From NCBI GenBank assembly GCA_030704615.1, contig CM060732.1, positions 70,866,001 through 70,930,000 on the forward strand: a DNA stretch of 64,000 bases, given 5' to 3'. Origin of the DNA: Takakia lepidozioides (Eukaryota > Plantae > Bryophyta). Positions 63,811 through 64,000 of the stretch are shown one piece after another. A program made the translations under genes and the position numbers. The notes beneath the pieces are model-generated. The model searched no databases, was not told the origin of the DNA, and saw only the letters and a program-made list of their open reading frames with translations. Position 1 is the stretch's first letter. Each line of letters starts with the position of its first letter.

Positions 63811-64000
63811 TTTCTCAGAAGCATTTGTAGAAGATCCAAATAAACAGCCAATTCAAAGTAAGCACTTTCAACCTAGTTGGAATTCTTCATTTACTGGTGG
63901 ACTTGACTACTGGGACATTATTGCATTGAATGTAAGAGGAAAACCAAATTAGGATGCATCTGAATGCAAGCACATCCACCAGACCAATCAAATGACTTCC

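Overview
Eukaryotic nuclear DNA from a land plant, most likely a non-seed plant (bryophyte, lycophyte or fern). This is inferred from spliceosomal introns, a TIR-NB-ARC-LRR gene, PLS-type PPR/DYW fragments, YUCCA and a trihelix gene; the species cannot be determined. Two housekeeping genes bracket a transposon-rich interior: an intact organellar EngA/Der GTPase (2983-7336, -) and the 3' half of glutaminyl-tRNA synthetase (60851->63810, -). The interior holds a frameshifted TNL pseudogene with about 65 LRRs cut by a CACTA end, and a trihelix gene split by a 3.3-kb Pack-type element carrying PDF-PPR-DYW fragments. It also holds a Pong/Harbinger element, a Mutator family (transposase, ULP1-like gene, MITE, captured RPS2/NAF1 fragments), hAT MITEs, a TTAA/CCC piggyBac-like element, SINE-like pieces and a 5'-truncated YUCCA. 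The most striking feature is a decayed Ty3/gypsy-like retroelement (43546-48330, -) reading gag, CCHC knuckle, aspartic protease, then an intronless DNMT3-like C5-cytosine methyltransferase with motifs I-X in canonical order. All calls come from reading motifs by eye and no searches were run. Exon boundaries and remnant limits are approximate unless TIR/TSD coordinates are quoted.
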